From: an uncultured delta proteobacterium
GTDB taxonomy: Bacteria > Myxococcota_A > Polyangia > Palsa-1104
Assembly: GCA_963785725.1 (NCBI GenBank)
Contig: CAWAWS010000007.1
Span: 384,001 to 448,000 of the forward strand
Reading direction: 5' to 3'
Length of the DNA: 64,000 nucleotides
Made by a program: the position numbers and the translations under genes. Positions 42,460 to 52,173 of the stretch are shown piece after piece (position 1 is the stretch's first letter; each line of letters opens with the position of its first letter). Below the pieces are notes generated by a model, which made no database searches, was not told where the DNA came from, and was given only the letters and a program-made list of their open reading frames with translations.

Positions 42460-42564
42460 GGGCGTGCTGCGAACGTCGGAGGGCGTGCTGCGAACGTCGG
42501 AGGGCGTGCTGCGAACGTCGGAGGGCGTGCTGCGAACGTCGGAGGGCGTGCTGCGAACGTCGGA
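42460..42564. repeat. Five perfect 21-bp tandem repeats (gggcgtgctgcgaacgtcgga)
   Basis: Directly visible. Confidence 0.95.
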
Positions 42565-42656
42565 TACTGCGAAACTTCGGCCGTCTGCCTTGAGTGATTC
42601 GCGGGGACGGCCGGCGAAATAGGCCTCGATCGGCCTGGGTTTGCGGCGGGTCGTGC

Positions 42657-43646
42657 TCAGCCGGCGAGTAGCGCGGCCGCCGTCGCTGCGCCGCCGTCGT
42701 CGCCGGCACATGCGAGCGCCAGGGTGCCTTGGGCGGCGTGACTGAAGAATTCAGCGACGGCGATGAGCGGCGCCGCGCCCAATGTATTCCCGTCGCTGAC
42801 GGCGCTTCGTGCAGCGCTGGCGGCGGATGAGCCGGCATCCCATTCGCGCCCTTGCACGCGGGCGCGACGAGCGGCGGCGCCATCAGCGGGCGCAGCCAGG
42901 ACGCGCCCGAACGCGCCCGCCGGCAGATCGGCCGCCGCCAGCGTTCGCGCGATCGCGTCAGCGACGGCCGCCGCGCGCGCGCCGGCGTGAAACGCGGCCG
43001 CCGCCGCCAGCAGCCGCCCGCGTGGCGTCGCGCCCCGTCGCGCAGCATCGCCGGCTCGCTCGAGCAGCAGCGCGGCGCTGGCGTCGACCAGCGCCGCGTC
43101 GGCGTAAAGGGACGGCCCGTCCCCCGCCAAAATTCGCGTCAACAACGGCGTCGCCACCTCGGCCGCGCACACCAACACGCGGTCGGCGCGCCCACGCTCG
43201 ATCAGCGCCACTCCTTCGGCGAACGCGTCGAGCCCACTGGTCAAACCATTGCACCACGCCGTCGCCGGACCGCGTACGCCGTAGTGAATCGAGACCTCAC
43301 CGACGGGAGACGAGGGCAACGTGTACGCGAACAGGCGTGGGCTGGCGCCGAGCTGGCCGTCGCGAACCAAGCCGCGATAGTAGTCTTCGTTGGTCGCGTG
43401 GCAGCCGAAGGCGCTACCGAATACGATGGCCGTGCGCTCGCCGTCCCATTCGGGCGCAGTCGGCGCCAGCGCGCCGTCGAGCAGCGCGCCATCGCAGGCC
43501 ACGAGCGTCAGCGCGCACAGGCGATCCATGCGCGCCAGCCGTGCCTCTTTGCCGGCCCAGCGCGCCGGCGCGAGCGCGGCGCCCGGCATGACCGCAACCG
43601 CATACGCGCCCGTCACCACCACTTCGGTTCGCCGTTCTCGCGCCAT
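42657..43646 (-). CDS. Beta-ketoacyl synthase-like protein lacking the catalytic Cys (chain-length-factor-like)
   Basis: VVVTG, RMDR, SPRLFAYTLPS, VSIHYGVRGP; GLTSG where an active KS has ACASG. Confidence 0.8.
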   Translation of the reverse strand: MARERRTEVVVTGAYAVAVMPGAALAPARWAGKEARLARMDRLCALTLVACDGALLDGALAPTAPEWDGERTAIVFGSAFGCHATNEDYYRGLVRDGQLGASPRLFAYTLPSSPVGEVSIHYGVRGPATAWCNGLTSGLDAFAEGVALIERGRADRVLVCAAEVATPLLTRILAGDGPSLYADAALVDASAALLLERAGDAARRGATPRGRLLAAAAAFHAGARAAAVADAIARTLAAADLPAGAFGRVLAAPADGAAARRARVQGREWDAGSSAASAARSAVSDGNTLGAAPLIAVAEFFSHAAQGTLALACAGDDGGAATAAALLAG

Positions 43647-43670
43647 CGCCAAGGCTGTAGAGTCTACGCA

Positions 43671-45725
43671 ATGCGGCAATCGGCGTCGATTTCGAAATGG
43701 TTAAACCAATCCTTGGCGCTGTTGCTGCTCGTCGCCGCCGGCTGCAGCAGCAAGCCAGTCGGCCCGCAGGCGGTCATGCAAGCGACGACGCCGCTCGACC
43801 TGCGCCTCTTGCCCTGGCCGTCGGATGCGCTGCTCGGCGACAACGGTAAGCTGCAGGTGGCGACGCCGTTCCCCTTCGATTCGCTCGTCGAGGACAATCT
43901 GACGCAGCTGGCGGCGTCGTTGTCGGAAGCGGACGGGTTTTCGTCGACGCGTTCGATCTTCTTCCCCGTCGACGCGGATGTCGTGCTCGACGCGGGCGCC
44001 GTCGCGACCGTGGCCGACCTCGACGACGCGACGCAGACGTGGAGCTTTCCGCTCTTTTATCGCGCGCCCTACAAGCAGCTCGTGGCCATGTCGCCGCTCG
44101 GGACGTCGCTGAAAGAGCACCACAACTACGGCTGCTGGATCACGAGCGGCGTTCACGATGCCGCCGGTCACGCGCTGCGGCCGTCGCCGACGATGCACGA
44201 TGCCATCGCTGGAAAAGGGGCGTTTGGCGGCAAGGCGTCCTATCAGAAGTTGGCGCAGCGTCTCGCTTCGTTAAAGGTCAAACCATTGGCGGCGACGGCG
44301 TTCACGACGCAGACGCTGACCGGCTGGGTGCCCAAGGTGCTCGACGATTTGACGGCCATGCCGCCGGTGGCGCACTTCACGCGGCTCTTCGCCTCGTCGG
44401 ACGACCTGCAGGATCTGTTCGGCGGCCCGGTGACGACGACGCTGCCGGGCCGTCCGGCGTCGGGCGGCGTGCTGCACGATCAGATCGGCTTCGTCCTCGA
44501 AGGCACCTACGACTCGCCGCACTATCTCGCGCCGACGCCGGATGTGCTCGGGCTGTTCGACGCCGCGCAATCGGTGCAGTCGGTCAACTCCATCCCGTTC
44601 ATATTGGTCCTACCAATTCGCGGCGACTATGCGAACACGCCGGTGGCGATTTTTCAGCACGGCATCGACAGCGACCGTTCGGCGGTGCTGTCGGTCGCCA
44701 ACGACTACGCGGCGCGCGGCTACGCCGTCCTCGGCATCGACGAGCTGTGGCATGGCTCGCGACTACCGGGCAACGTCGACAAGGTGTTCAACCTCTCCGG
44801 CGCGCCCGGCAGCGACGGCATCGGCGACCCGAGCAGCGGCGGCGCGGTGTCGTGGTTCTTCGACTTCAACGGCAACTCCAGCGCCGGCATCCTGTCGCTC
44901 GACGTGCGCTGCATTCGCGACAACTTCCGCCAAGCGACCGTCGATCTCATGCAGGAAGTGCGACTCGCGCGCAGCGGTGATTTCTCGTCGCTGGCGGCGG
45001 CCGACCCGCGCTTGGCGACGCTGACCATCGACGGGGCCGATCTCGTCTATACGTCGGAGTCGTTCGGCTCGATCTTGGGCGCGATCGTCGTCGCCGTCGA
45101 TCCGATGCTCGACTCGGCCGTGCTCGACGTCGGAGGCAGCGGCATGCTGGCCGATCTCGTGCCCAATTCGCCGGAGTTCGGCCCGCGACTGGCGCCGCTC
45201 GTCTCCAACGCGTTCGATATCGACGCCGATCTCGACGATCCCGACACGCTGCCCGTGCGCGCGCAAATGTCGTTCAACCTCTTGCAGCAGGTGCTCGATC
45301 CGGCCGACGGGCTCGCGCTTTCGTCGGGGTCGACCGCGAGCAAGAGCCTATTTTTCCTGCACGACTTCGCCGACGAGACGGTGCCGAATCAGGCGGAGGA
45401 GGCCTTGGCGCGCGCGTTCGGCGCCACGCAGGTCGTGCTCGCGCAGCAGTCTCATGCGCTCACGTACGTGACGTTGCCGACGACAGCGGCGCCGTATGCC
45501 GCTTCGCCGCTGCACGCCGTCGTCGAGTTGGCCGGCGCCGGCCACGGCATGTTCACGACGCAGGAAGGCACGCACAACTATCAGTTTCCGTTTCCGCCGT
45601 TCACGATGCTGCCGGCGGTGCAGCCGTTCGACGAGCCGACCGCGTTGGCGCACGCGCTGGCGCTCGACTTCATCGACAGCGTTCGCGCCGGCGCGCCCAG
45701 CATCACCGATCCGACCGCAAATTAA
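43671..45725 (+). CDS. Lipoprotein, VolA/Pla-1-like lipase (alpha/beta hydrolase) family
   Basis: Lipobox AAGC; PWPSD, ADGFS, FQHGI, IDELWHG, RDNFRQ, SESFG elbow variant, DETVPN. Confidence 0.7.
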   Translation: MRQSASISKWLNQSLALLLLVAAGCSSKPVGPQAVMQATTPLDLRLLPWPSDALLGDNGKLQVATPFPFDSLVEDNLTQLAASLSEADGFSSTRSIFFPVDADVVLDAGAVATVADLDDATQTWSFPLFYRAPYKQLVAMSPLGTSLKEHHNYGCWITSGVHDAAGHALRPSPTMHDAIAGKGAFGGKASYQKLAQRLASLKVKPLAATAFTTQTLTGWVPKVLDDLTAMPPVAHFTRLFASSDDLQDLFGGPVTTTLPGRPASGGVLHDQIGFVLEGTYDSPHYLAPTPDVLGLFDAAQSVQSVNSIPFILVLPIRGDYANTPVAIFQHGIDSDRSAVLSVANDYAARGYAVLGIDELWHGSRLPGNVDKVFNLSGAPGSDGIGDPSSGGAVSWFFDFNGNSSAGILSLDVRCIRDNFRQATVDLMQEVRLARSGDFSSLAAADPRLATLTIDGADLVYTSESFGSILGAIVVAVDPMLDSAVLDVGGSGMLADLVPNSPEFGPRLAPLVSNAFDIDADLDDPDTLPVRAQMSFNLLQQVLDPADGLALSSGSTASKSLFFLHDFADETVPNQAEEALARAFGATQVVLAQQSHALTYVTLPTTAAPYAASPLHAVVELAGAGHGMFTTQEGTHNYQFPFPPFTMLPAVQPFDEPTALAHALALDFIDSVRAGAPSITDPTAN

Positions 45726-45762
45726 CGAGGCGCATAATGGTTAAACCAATCCAAGAAATGGT

Positions 45763-47004
45763 TTAACCATTGGCGCGAGTGAGGACGACGGCGGCGTTCG
45801 TGCCGCCGAAGCCGGACGACGTCGACAGCGCGACGCGCACGTCGGCGGCGCGCGGCGCGCCGTGCACGACGTCGAGCGCGATCTGCGGATCGATCTCACG
45901 CAGCCCAGCGGTGGGCGCGATCTGGCCGGCTTCGAGCGTGCGCACGCAGACGATCGCCTCCAACGCCGCCGCCGCGCCGAGCGTGTGGCCGAGCGCGCCC
46001 TTGACGGAATTGACCGGGATGGCCCCGGCGCGTTCGCCGAAGACGTGACGTAACGCGTGGCCTTCCATCAGATCGTTGAAGACGGTGGCGGTGCCGTGCG
46101 CGCTGACGAAGCCGACGGCGCCCGCGTCCTGGCCGGCGTCGACGAGCGCGGCCTGCATGGCGCGGGCGGCGCCGCGGCCTTCGCGGTCGGGCCCGGTCAT
46201 GTGCACGGCGTCGGCGGCGACGCCGCTGCCGTCGACGAAGGCGCGGATGCGGGCGCCGCGATCCCGCGCGTGCGGCTCGGCTTCGATGACGAGAAAGGCC
46301 GCCGCTTCGCCGAGGTTGAGACCGCGGCGGCTGCCATCGAACGGGCGACAGAGCTCGGCGTCGAGCGCTTTCAGGCAGGCGAAGCCTTGAATGACGAAGT
46401 CGTGCAGCGCGTCGGCGCCGCCGGCGAGCACGACGTCACAGCGGCCGCTGCGGATGAGCGCCAGGGCGGCGTCGATCGCGACGTTACCCGACGCGCAGGC
46501 CACCGAGGGCACGACGAGCGGGCCGCGCGCGTCGACGGCCGCGGCGACGGCTTGCGCCGGACCGGCGTAGCCCCAGCCTTGCGGCGCGCGCAGTGGTGCG
46601 GTTGATGGTTCAACCATTGCGTCGATTGGTTCAACCACTGCGCCGATTGGTTTAACCATTGACGCGCCCGCTTCGACGTCGGCGCGAACGAGCGGCAGCC
46701 ACGACGCGATGCCGCCCAGCGTCGTGCCGCAGGCGACGGCGAGCCGCGGGCCGCGCGGGACGTTGCCGGCGTCGGCGAGCGCCTCTTCCGCGGCCCAGCG
46801 CGCCAACGTCGCGGCGCGCGACGGCGCCGTCAGCGGTAAAGCTTCGACGAGCGCCACGGGGCCGACGCGCAGGCCGACGGCGCTCAGCTGCGGCTGCTCG
46901 CGCATGGCGCGCTCGCCGTCGAGCAGTGCCGTCCACAGCCGCTCGACGCCGCGGCCGAAGCCCGTTACCGCGCCCATTCCCGTGACGACCGCGCGAATGC
47001 TCAC
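45763..47004 (-). CDS. Beta-ketoacyl-ACP synthase (FabF-like) with box-derived in-frame insertion
   Basis: ACASG, CRPFD, GLNLGE, AHGTATVFND, KGALGHTLGAA, SSGFGGTN. Confidence 0.93.
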   Translation of the reverse strand: MSIRAVVTGMGAVTGFGRGVERLWTALLDGERAMREQPQLSAVGLRVGPVALVEALPLTAPSRAATLARWAAEEALADAGNVPRGPRLAVACGTTLGGIASWLPLVRADVEAGASMVKPIGAVVEPIDAMVEPSTAPLRAPQGWGYAGPAQAVAAAVDARGPLVVPSVACASGNVAIDAALALIRSGRCDVVLAGGADALHDFVIQGFACLKALDAELCRPFDGSRRGLNLGEAAAFLVIEAEPHARDRGARIRAFVDGSGVAADAVHMTGPDREGRGAARAMQAALVDAGQDAGAVGFVSAHGTATVFNDLMEGHALRHVFGERAGAIPVNSVKGALGHTLGAAAALEAIVCVRTLEAGQIAPTAGLREIDPQIALDVVHGAPRAADVRVALSTSSGFGGTNAAVVLTRANG

Positions 47005-47124
47005 GGACGCTCGCTGGCCGCCGAATGTTCCGGCTCGAGCGCGCTCACGGCCGGCTGCGGGTAGGGCGCCGTCACCGCGAGCCGTTTACCGCGCGCGCCG
47101 TCGGCGGCCCGCCATCGCAGACTG

Positions 47125-47384
47125 AGGGCCGCGCAGCCGCCGTCGCTGGCGCTGCCGGGCACTGCTGCGGCGGATTCCAGAAGTCGAGCTCTGCCGATAG
47201 TCCACCGCAAGCTCAGGGCCGCGCAGCCGCCGTCGCTGGCGTCGCCCGGCAGTGCCGGGGCTGCCGCTGCGGATTCCGGAAGTCGAGCTCCGCCGACGGC
47301 CAAACGCAGCAGGCTCACGGCGCCGTCGCCGTCGCTGGCGTCGCCGGCACTGCCCGCACCGGCTGCGGCGGATTCCAGAAGTCG
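47125..47384. repeat. Three ~90-100-bp degenerate copies that include the acyltransferase 3' end
   Basis: gccgtcgctggcg...ggattccRgaagtcga occurs three times. Confidence 0.8.
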
Positions 47385-48271
47385 AAGAAGTTGAACCATT
47401 GCTCCGGATACTGCCGCACGTACCGTTCGTACACGGCCACGATACGCGCCGTCGCCTCGCGCACGTCGGCGTCGCGATCGCTCGTATGCGCCACTTCGAT
47501 CGGCGGCTCGACGTGAAACGTACAGTGCGTGCGCGTCTGGTCGGCGATGATGAACGTCGGCAAGAGCGGCGAGCCCGTCGCGCGCGCCAACGTCGCCGGC
47601 CCCAGCGGAAACGGCGCGTCGTGCCCGCAAAACGGCAGCCGCACATGCGGCCCGCCGGTGAAGCGATCCATCTGCATCCCGACGAGCTCGCCGCGACGCA
47701 GCACGCGCGCCAGATCGAGCGTCGCGAACGGCGAGCGCGTCGTGTACACGATGCTGAATTTCTCGCGAAACTGCCGCTCCCACTCGCCGGTGCCTTGGTT
47801 CGGCTCCTCGGCCATCGCCATCGTCAGCGGCGGATAACTCTTACGCTTCATCAAGATCGGCGCGATCTGCCAAAAGCCGAGATGCCCCGTGACGACGACG
47901 GCGCCGCGCCCCTCCTGCTGCAGCTTCGTGATGTGCTCTTGCCCGAGCGTCACCGCGTCGACGGGAACCGCTTGCCCGGCGTGCAGCGCGTACATGTTGG
48001 CGATCGACTGCGCGTAGTTCACGAAGAGGCGAAAGCTGCGCGCCTTCGTCTCCAGCGGATTGGTAGGACCAATGACGCGCTCGAGATTGGCCTCGATTAC
48101 GCGCCGCGCGCGCGGCACCAACACATAGAAAATACCGGCCCAGAACGGCATCGTCGCCCGCTGCAGCGGATGCGAAATGTTGCGAATACCGGCCATCATC
48201 ACCCGGCGGTAGAACGGACCTTCGAAGCGATGGCGAAACGCTTGAGCTGCTGACTGTTTCCGACTGCGCAT
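47315..48271 (-). CDS. Lysophospholipid/lipid A (LpxL-like) acyltransferase
   Basis: VVTGHLGFWQ, VGMQMDR, FPLGPATLARATGSPL, VRQYPEQWFNFFDFW. Confidence 0.9.
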   Translation of the reverse strand: MRSRKQSAAQAFRHRFEGPFYRRVMMAGIRNISHPLQRATMPFWAGIFYVLVPRARRVIEANLERVIGPTNPLETKARSFRLFVNYAQSIANMYALHAGQAVPVDAVTLGQEHITKLQQEGRGAVVVTGHLGFWQIAPILMKRKSYPPLTMAMAEEPNQGTGEWERQFREKFSIVYTTRSPFATLDLARVLRRGELVGMQMDRFTGGPHVRLPFCGHDAPFPLGPATLARATGSPLLPTFIIADQTRTHCTFHVEPPIEVAHTSDRDADVREATARIVAVYERYVRQYPEQWFNFFDFWNPPQPVRAVPATPATATAP

Positions 48272-48289
48272 ACGGACGCGCAGTATCCC

Positions 48290-51200
48290 CTAAAGTCGTG
48301 CGGGCGTCACGTCGCGCAAGAGCAGCACGTGATCGAGCTCGATCGCCGATCCTTCGCGCTTGAGCTCGATGCGAATTGGTTTAACCATTTCTGAAATTGG
48401 TTTAACCATTCTCGCTTCCTGGTAACGCGGGCCCAACGTCAGCGGCGGCAGCGCCACGCCGTCGACGATGACCGTCAGCTGCGCGTTGTCGCCGAGGGCC
48501 CGCGCGCGCACGAGGATGACGTCGGCGCCCGCCGGCGCGACCGCGCGCAGCGACGCCGTGGGCGCGTCGAGCGTACAGCTGCTCGCGCCCAGCCACTGCT
48601 CGAGCGCGGCTTCGACGGCCGGGACGCGCCCGTGGCGACAGACGAGATCGATGCCACCGACGGTCGACGGCGGCGGCGCGGCTGGCAGCGGCGCGTCGGT
48701 GACGCGCGAGGCCTGCATGATCGGCCGCGGCGACGGGCGCGCATGCACGGGCGGACGAAAGCTGTTCGGCGCCCACGTCGTCGTCGCGACCGCGCCGAGG
48801 CGAACGAGCGCTTCGCTGGCGCGCGGCAGCGGCGGCTCGGCGGCGGCGGCCGCCGCCAGCGCGTCGACGGCACGCGCGTCGCCGGCGAGACCGAGCGCCC
48901 AGGCCAGATCGACGCGCGCGTCGTCGTGATCTTCGACGGCAAAACGATCGAGCAGAGCCCCGGCGGCGCGACGATCGCCGACTCGTCCGGCGATGCGACC
49001 GACGGAGACGTAAGCGGCGCCGCGTACGCGCGGGTCGGCGGCGACGCTCCACAAGGCGGCGACATCGCCGGCGCCGCCGACGAAGCCGAGGTAGTGCGCG
49101 GCTTCGCGCTGCAGCGCCGCGGCGGCGCTGTCGCCTTCGGCGAACGGGCGACGACAGATCGCGGCCAAGCGCGGCGCCGCGGCGTCGTCGCGCAGACGGC
49201 CGAGCATGAGGGCGGCGCGATCGCCGTAGGCATCGTCGTCGACGAGCGCGCGCAACGCGGCGCGGGCGCGCGCGTCGCTGAGCTGGCCGAGCGCGAGCGC
49301 GGCTTCGGCGCGCACGGCGGGATCGCGGTCGGCGAGCGCGGCTTGTAACGCGGCCGCGGCGGCGAAGGCTTCGCGCTCGCCGAGCTCGCGGGCGGCTTGG
49401 GCGCGCGTGGCCGCCGGCTGCGTCGGGTCGCCGAGGCGCGTCGCCAGCAGCGACGGCGGCGATTGGTTCAACCATTGGCCGAGCGCCGCGCGCAGCTCGC
49501 CGCCGACGTCGGCGTGCACATCGTAGGCATTCCGCATTTCGCGCGGATCGGACTGCAGATCGTAGAGCTCGTCGACGTCGCGGCGCAGATCGTGAATCAG
49601 CTTCCACGGCCAACGCAGCAGCATGCGACGCGTGTGCACGGCCGCGACGACGTCGCGCGGCGCCGGGTCGAGCGGCGGCAGCGGGCGGCCGTCGCCGGCG
49701 CTGGGTGGCAAGCCGGCGAGCGCGGCCAGCGTCGGGGCGACGTCGACGAGCGACACCGGCGTGGCGATCGTCACAGCCGGCAAGAGCGCGCGGCCGACGA
49801 CGGTGACGACGAGCGGCACGCGCAGCTGCTCGTCGTAGACCGAAGAGCCGTGATACGCGCCGCCATGCTCGCCGAACTCCTCGCCGTGATCGCCGGTGAT
49901 GACGAGCAAGGTCGGGCGCGCCAAATTGGTTAAACCATTAATGAGGCGAGCGAGCGCGCCATCGACGGCGGCGACTTCGGCGTCATAACGAGCCAGTGGC
50001 GGCGCATCGGCGGGCAGGCCATGCAGCTCGTAAGGCTCGTGCGGATCGAAGTAGTGGACCCACAAGAGCGAGCGCGGCTCACCATCGGCGACGAGCTGCT
50101 GCACGCGCGTCAACACGGCGTCGGTCAGCTCCTCCGCGGGCAGCGTGCGCGTGTCGACCCATTCGAAGCCGAAATGATCGTTGGCGTACGGTAGAAGTGG
50201 CCCGCCGCCGTCGAAGAAGAGGCCGGCGGGGAAGAATGCGGCCGTCAGCCAGCCTTGGGCGCGCGCGATCTGCGCCAGCGTCGGTGGGCGCGCGTCGAGG
50301 TGCGACGGGTGGTGGGCGGTGAGCAGCGCCGTGATCGACGCGGCTGTCGAGGGTGCCGTGGCGTAGGCGCGGCTGAAGGCGAGGCTGTGCGCGGTGGCTG
50401 CGGCGACGAGCGGCATGTGCTCCGGCCGCAGGCGATCGGCGCGCAACGCGTCGACGGTAACGATGACGACGTGCGCGTCGCCGAGCGGCGCGGCGGCCTG
50501 CGCCCAGATGTCGGCGAGATCGGCGTCGGCGCGGTTCAGGGGCGCAAGATTGGTTAAACCATTCGCCGCGGCGGCGGTTGCGCCGGTCGTCACGCCCGGC
50601 GCCGACGGCGCGCCGTTCTTGGCGGCCGCAGCCGTCGTCGCCGCCGGGCGAAGAGCCGTCGCAGGCTGACTCAGCGAGCGCGCGACGAATGGTTTAACCA
50701 TTGTCACGGCGTCGAGGACGAGCGCGGTAGCCGGCGCTTGCGCGTTGGCCACGAAGCGCGTGTTGGCGCTGACGTCGACGAGAGTGCGACCGGCGAGCAA
50801 GAGCAGCACGCCGGCGAAAGACGCGACGGCGGACGATCGCCAGCGACGCCAGCTGCGCCAGTCGGCGGGCAGGCGCGGCTTGGCGGCGCCGAGCGCGCAC
50901 GCGAGCGCGACGAAACCGATGGCGAGCAGCGTCGCGCGCAGCGACGGGTAGAGGCGGCGGGGCAAGAGCGCTTCGAAGGCGAGCGTCGCCGCGCCGGCGG
51001 CGGCGAGCAGGACGCGGCCGAGTGGCGCGCGGCCGACGTGGAGCCGCGCGATCGACGGCAGCAGCCACAGCGCGGCGGAGATGGTGGCGGCGAGCAGCGC
51101 CGGCGCCGCGCGGCCGAGTCGCGCTTGCGCCAGATGGGTGGACGACAGCGCGATGCCGAGTGGAATGCCGGCGACGACGGCAGCGGCGGCGCGCGCGATC

Positions 51201-51661
51201 CGATCGGCTGCGAGCGCACGCGCACGCGCAAGTGCCGACGGCGCGCCGAGCGTCGTCGGCGATGACGGATTGCGAGCGGCATCCGCGACGTCGCCAACAG
51301 CGCGCGCAACATCGTGGTCGGAAGACGCGCCGTCGCGATCGGAAAGCGCGACGTTGCGAGCGGAAGACGCGCCGTCGCGATCGGAAAGCGCGACGTCGCG
51401 AGCGGAAGACCCGACGTCGCGAACGTTGCGAGCGGAAGACGCGCCGTCGTGGTCGGATGTCGCGACCTCGCGCCTGGCACCGGCCGTGAGCGCGCGCAGC
51501 CATGGCGTGAGGAGCAGCGCCGTGCCGCAGGCCAGCGCGAACGCGCCCGACCACAACGCCGCGCGCTCGCCGACACTGGCCCAAGCGCGCCGCAGCATGA
51601 GCACGTCGACCGTCGCCACCATCGCCGCGGCCCACAGCGCCGCCCGTCGGGTCGCATGCAT
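48290..51661 (-). CDS. Membrane-anchored sulfatase-like hydrolase/transferase with C-terminal HEAT repeats
   Basis: N-terminal TMs, VTVDALRAD, LWVHYFDPHEPY, YDAEVAAVD, ITGDHGEEF, LYDLQSDP; ALADRDPAVRAEAALALG. Confidence 0.82.
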   Translation of the reverse strand: MHATRRAALWAAAMVATVDVLMLRRAWASVGERAALWSGAFALACGTALLLTPWLRALTAGARREVATSDHDGASSARNVRDVGSSARDVALSDRDGASSARNVALSDRDGASSDHDVARAVGDVADAARNPSSPTTLGAPSALARARALAADRIARAAAAVVAGIPLGIALSSTHLAQARLGRAAPALLAATISAALWLLPSIARLHVGRAPLGRVLLAAAGAATLAFEALLPRRLYPSLRATLLAIGFVALACALGAAKPRLPADWRSWRRWRSSAVASFAGVLLLLAGRTLVDVSANTRFVANAQAPATALVLDAVTMVKPFVARSLSQPATALRPAATTAAAAKNGAPSAPGVTTGATAAAANGLTNLAPLNRADADLADIWAQAAAPLGDAHVVIVTVDALRADRLRPEHMPLVAAATAHSLAFSRAYATAPSTAASITALLTAHHPSHLDARPPTLAQIARAQGWLTAAFFPAGLFFDGGGPLLPYANDHFGFEWVDTRTLPAEELTDAVLTRVQQLVADGEPRSLLWVHYFDPHEPYELHGLPADAPPLARYDAEVAAVDGALARLINGLTNLARPTLLVITGDHGEEFGEHGGAYHGSSVYDEQLRVPLVVTVVGRALLPAVTIATPVSLVDVAPTLAALAGLPPSAGDGRPLPPLDPAPRDVVAAVHTRRMLLRWPWKLIHDLRRDVDELYDLQSDPREMRNAYDVHADVGGELRAALGQWLNQSPPSLLATRLGDPTQPAATRAQAARELGEREAFAAAAALQAALADRDPAVRAEAALALGQLSDARARAALRALVDDDAYGDRAALMLGRLRDDAAAPRLAAICRRPFAEGDSAAAALQREAAHYLGFVGGAGDVAALWSVAADPRVRGAAYVSVGRIAGRVGDRRAAGALLDRFAVEDHDDARVDLAWALGLAGDARAVDALAAAAAAEPPLPRASEALVRLGAVATTTWAPNSFRPPVHARPSPRPIMQASRVTDAPLPAAPPPSTVGGIDLVCRHGRVPAVEAALEQWLGASSCTLDAPTASLRAVAPAGADVILVRARALGDNAQLTVIVDGVALPPLTLGPRYQEARMVKPISEMVKPIRIELKREGSAIELDHVLLLRDVTPARL

Positions 51662-52173
51662 GAGCTTCTTGTATCGCCGATGCAACGGCGTATGGTCAAA
51701 CCAATGGTGATGACGCCGCGCGTTGCATTCGTCGCGCCGATCGTTGCTGCGCCTGCCGCGGTCATTCGCGCGCGGAACGCGTTGTTCGCGTCGAGTGAAG
51801 GCGAGGAGGCTATGCGTGCTCCGTCGCGGCGAGCGCTCGTCTTCGCGCCGAGCGCGCGCCTTCCATTTGTAGCCGTCGCGCCGAGCGAAAGCGGAGGCCA
51901 GCCATGCGCGCGACCCGTGCTGAGCGAAGGATGTCGCGAGTGCGCGATGTGCCGAGCGCGCGATGTCGCGGGCGCGCGACGTGCCGAGCGCGGTCGTGCC
52001 GAGCGCTGGCCGTCGCCACGCGCGCCGTCGTGCCGCGCGCCGACCGTCGCCATGCCTCCACCGCCGTCGCCATGCCGCCGCCGCCGCCGCCGCCGCCGTC
52101 GCTGACGTACCCTCCGCCGCGCCCATCTCGCCGCCGCCGCCGCATTTGCCGAAAGCAGTGCTACAACGTCGGC

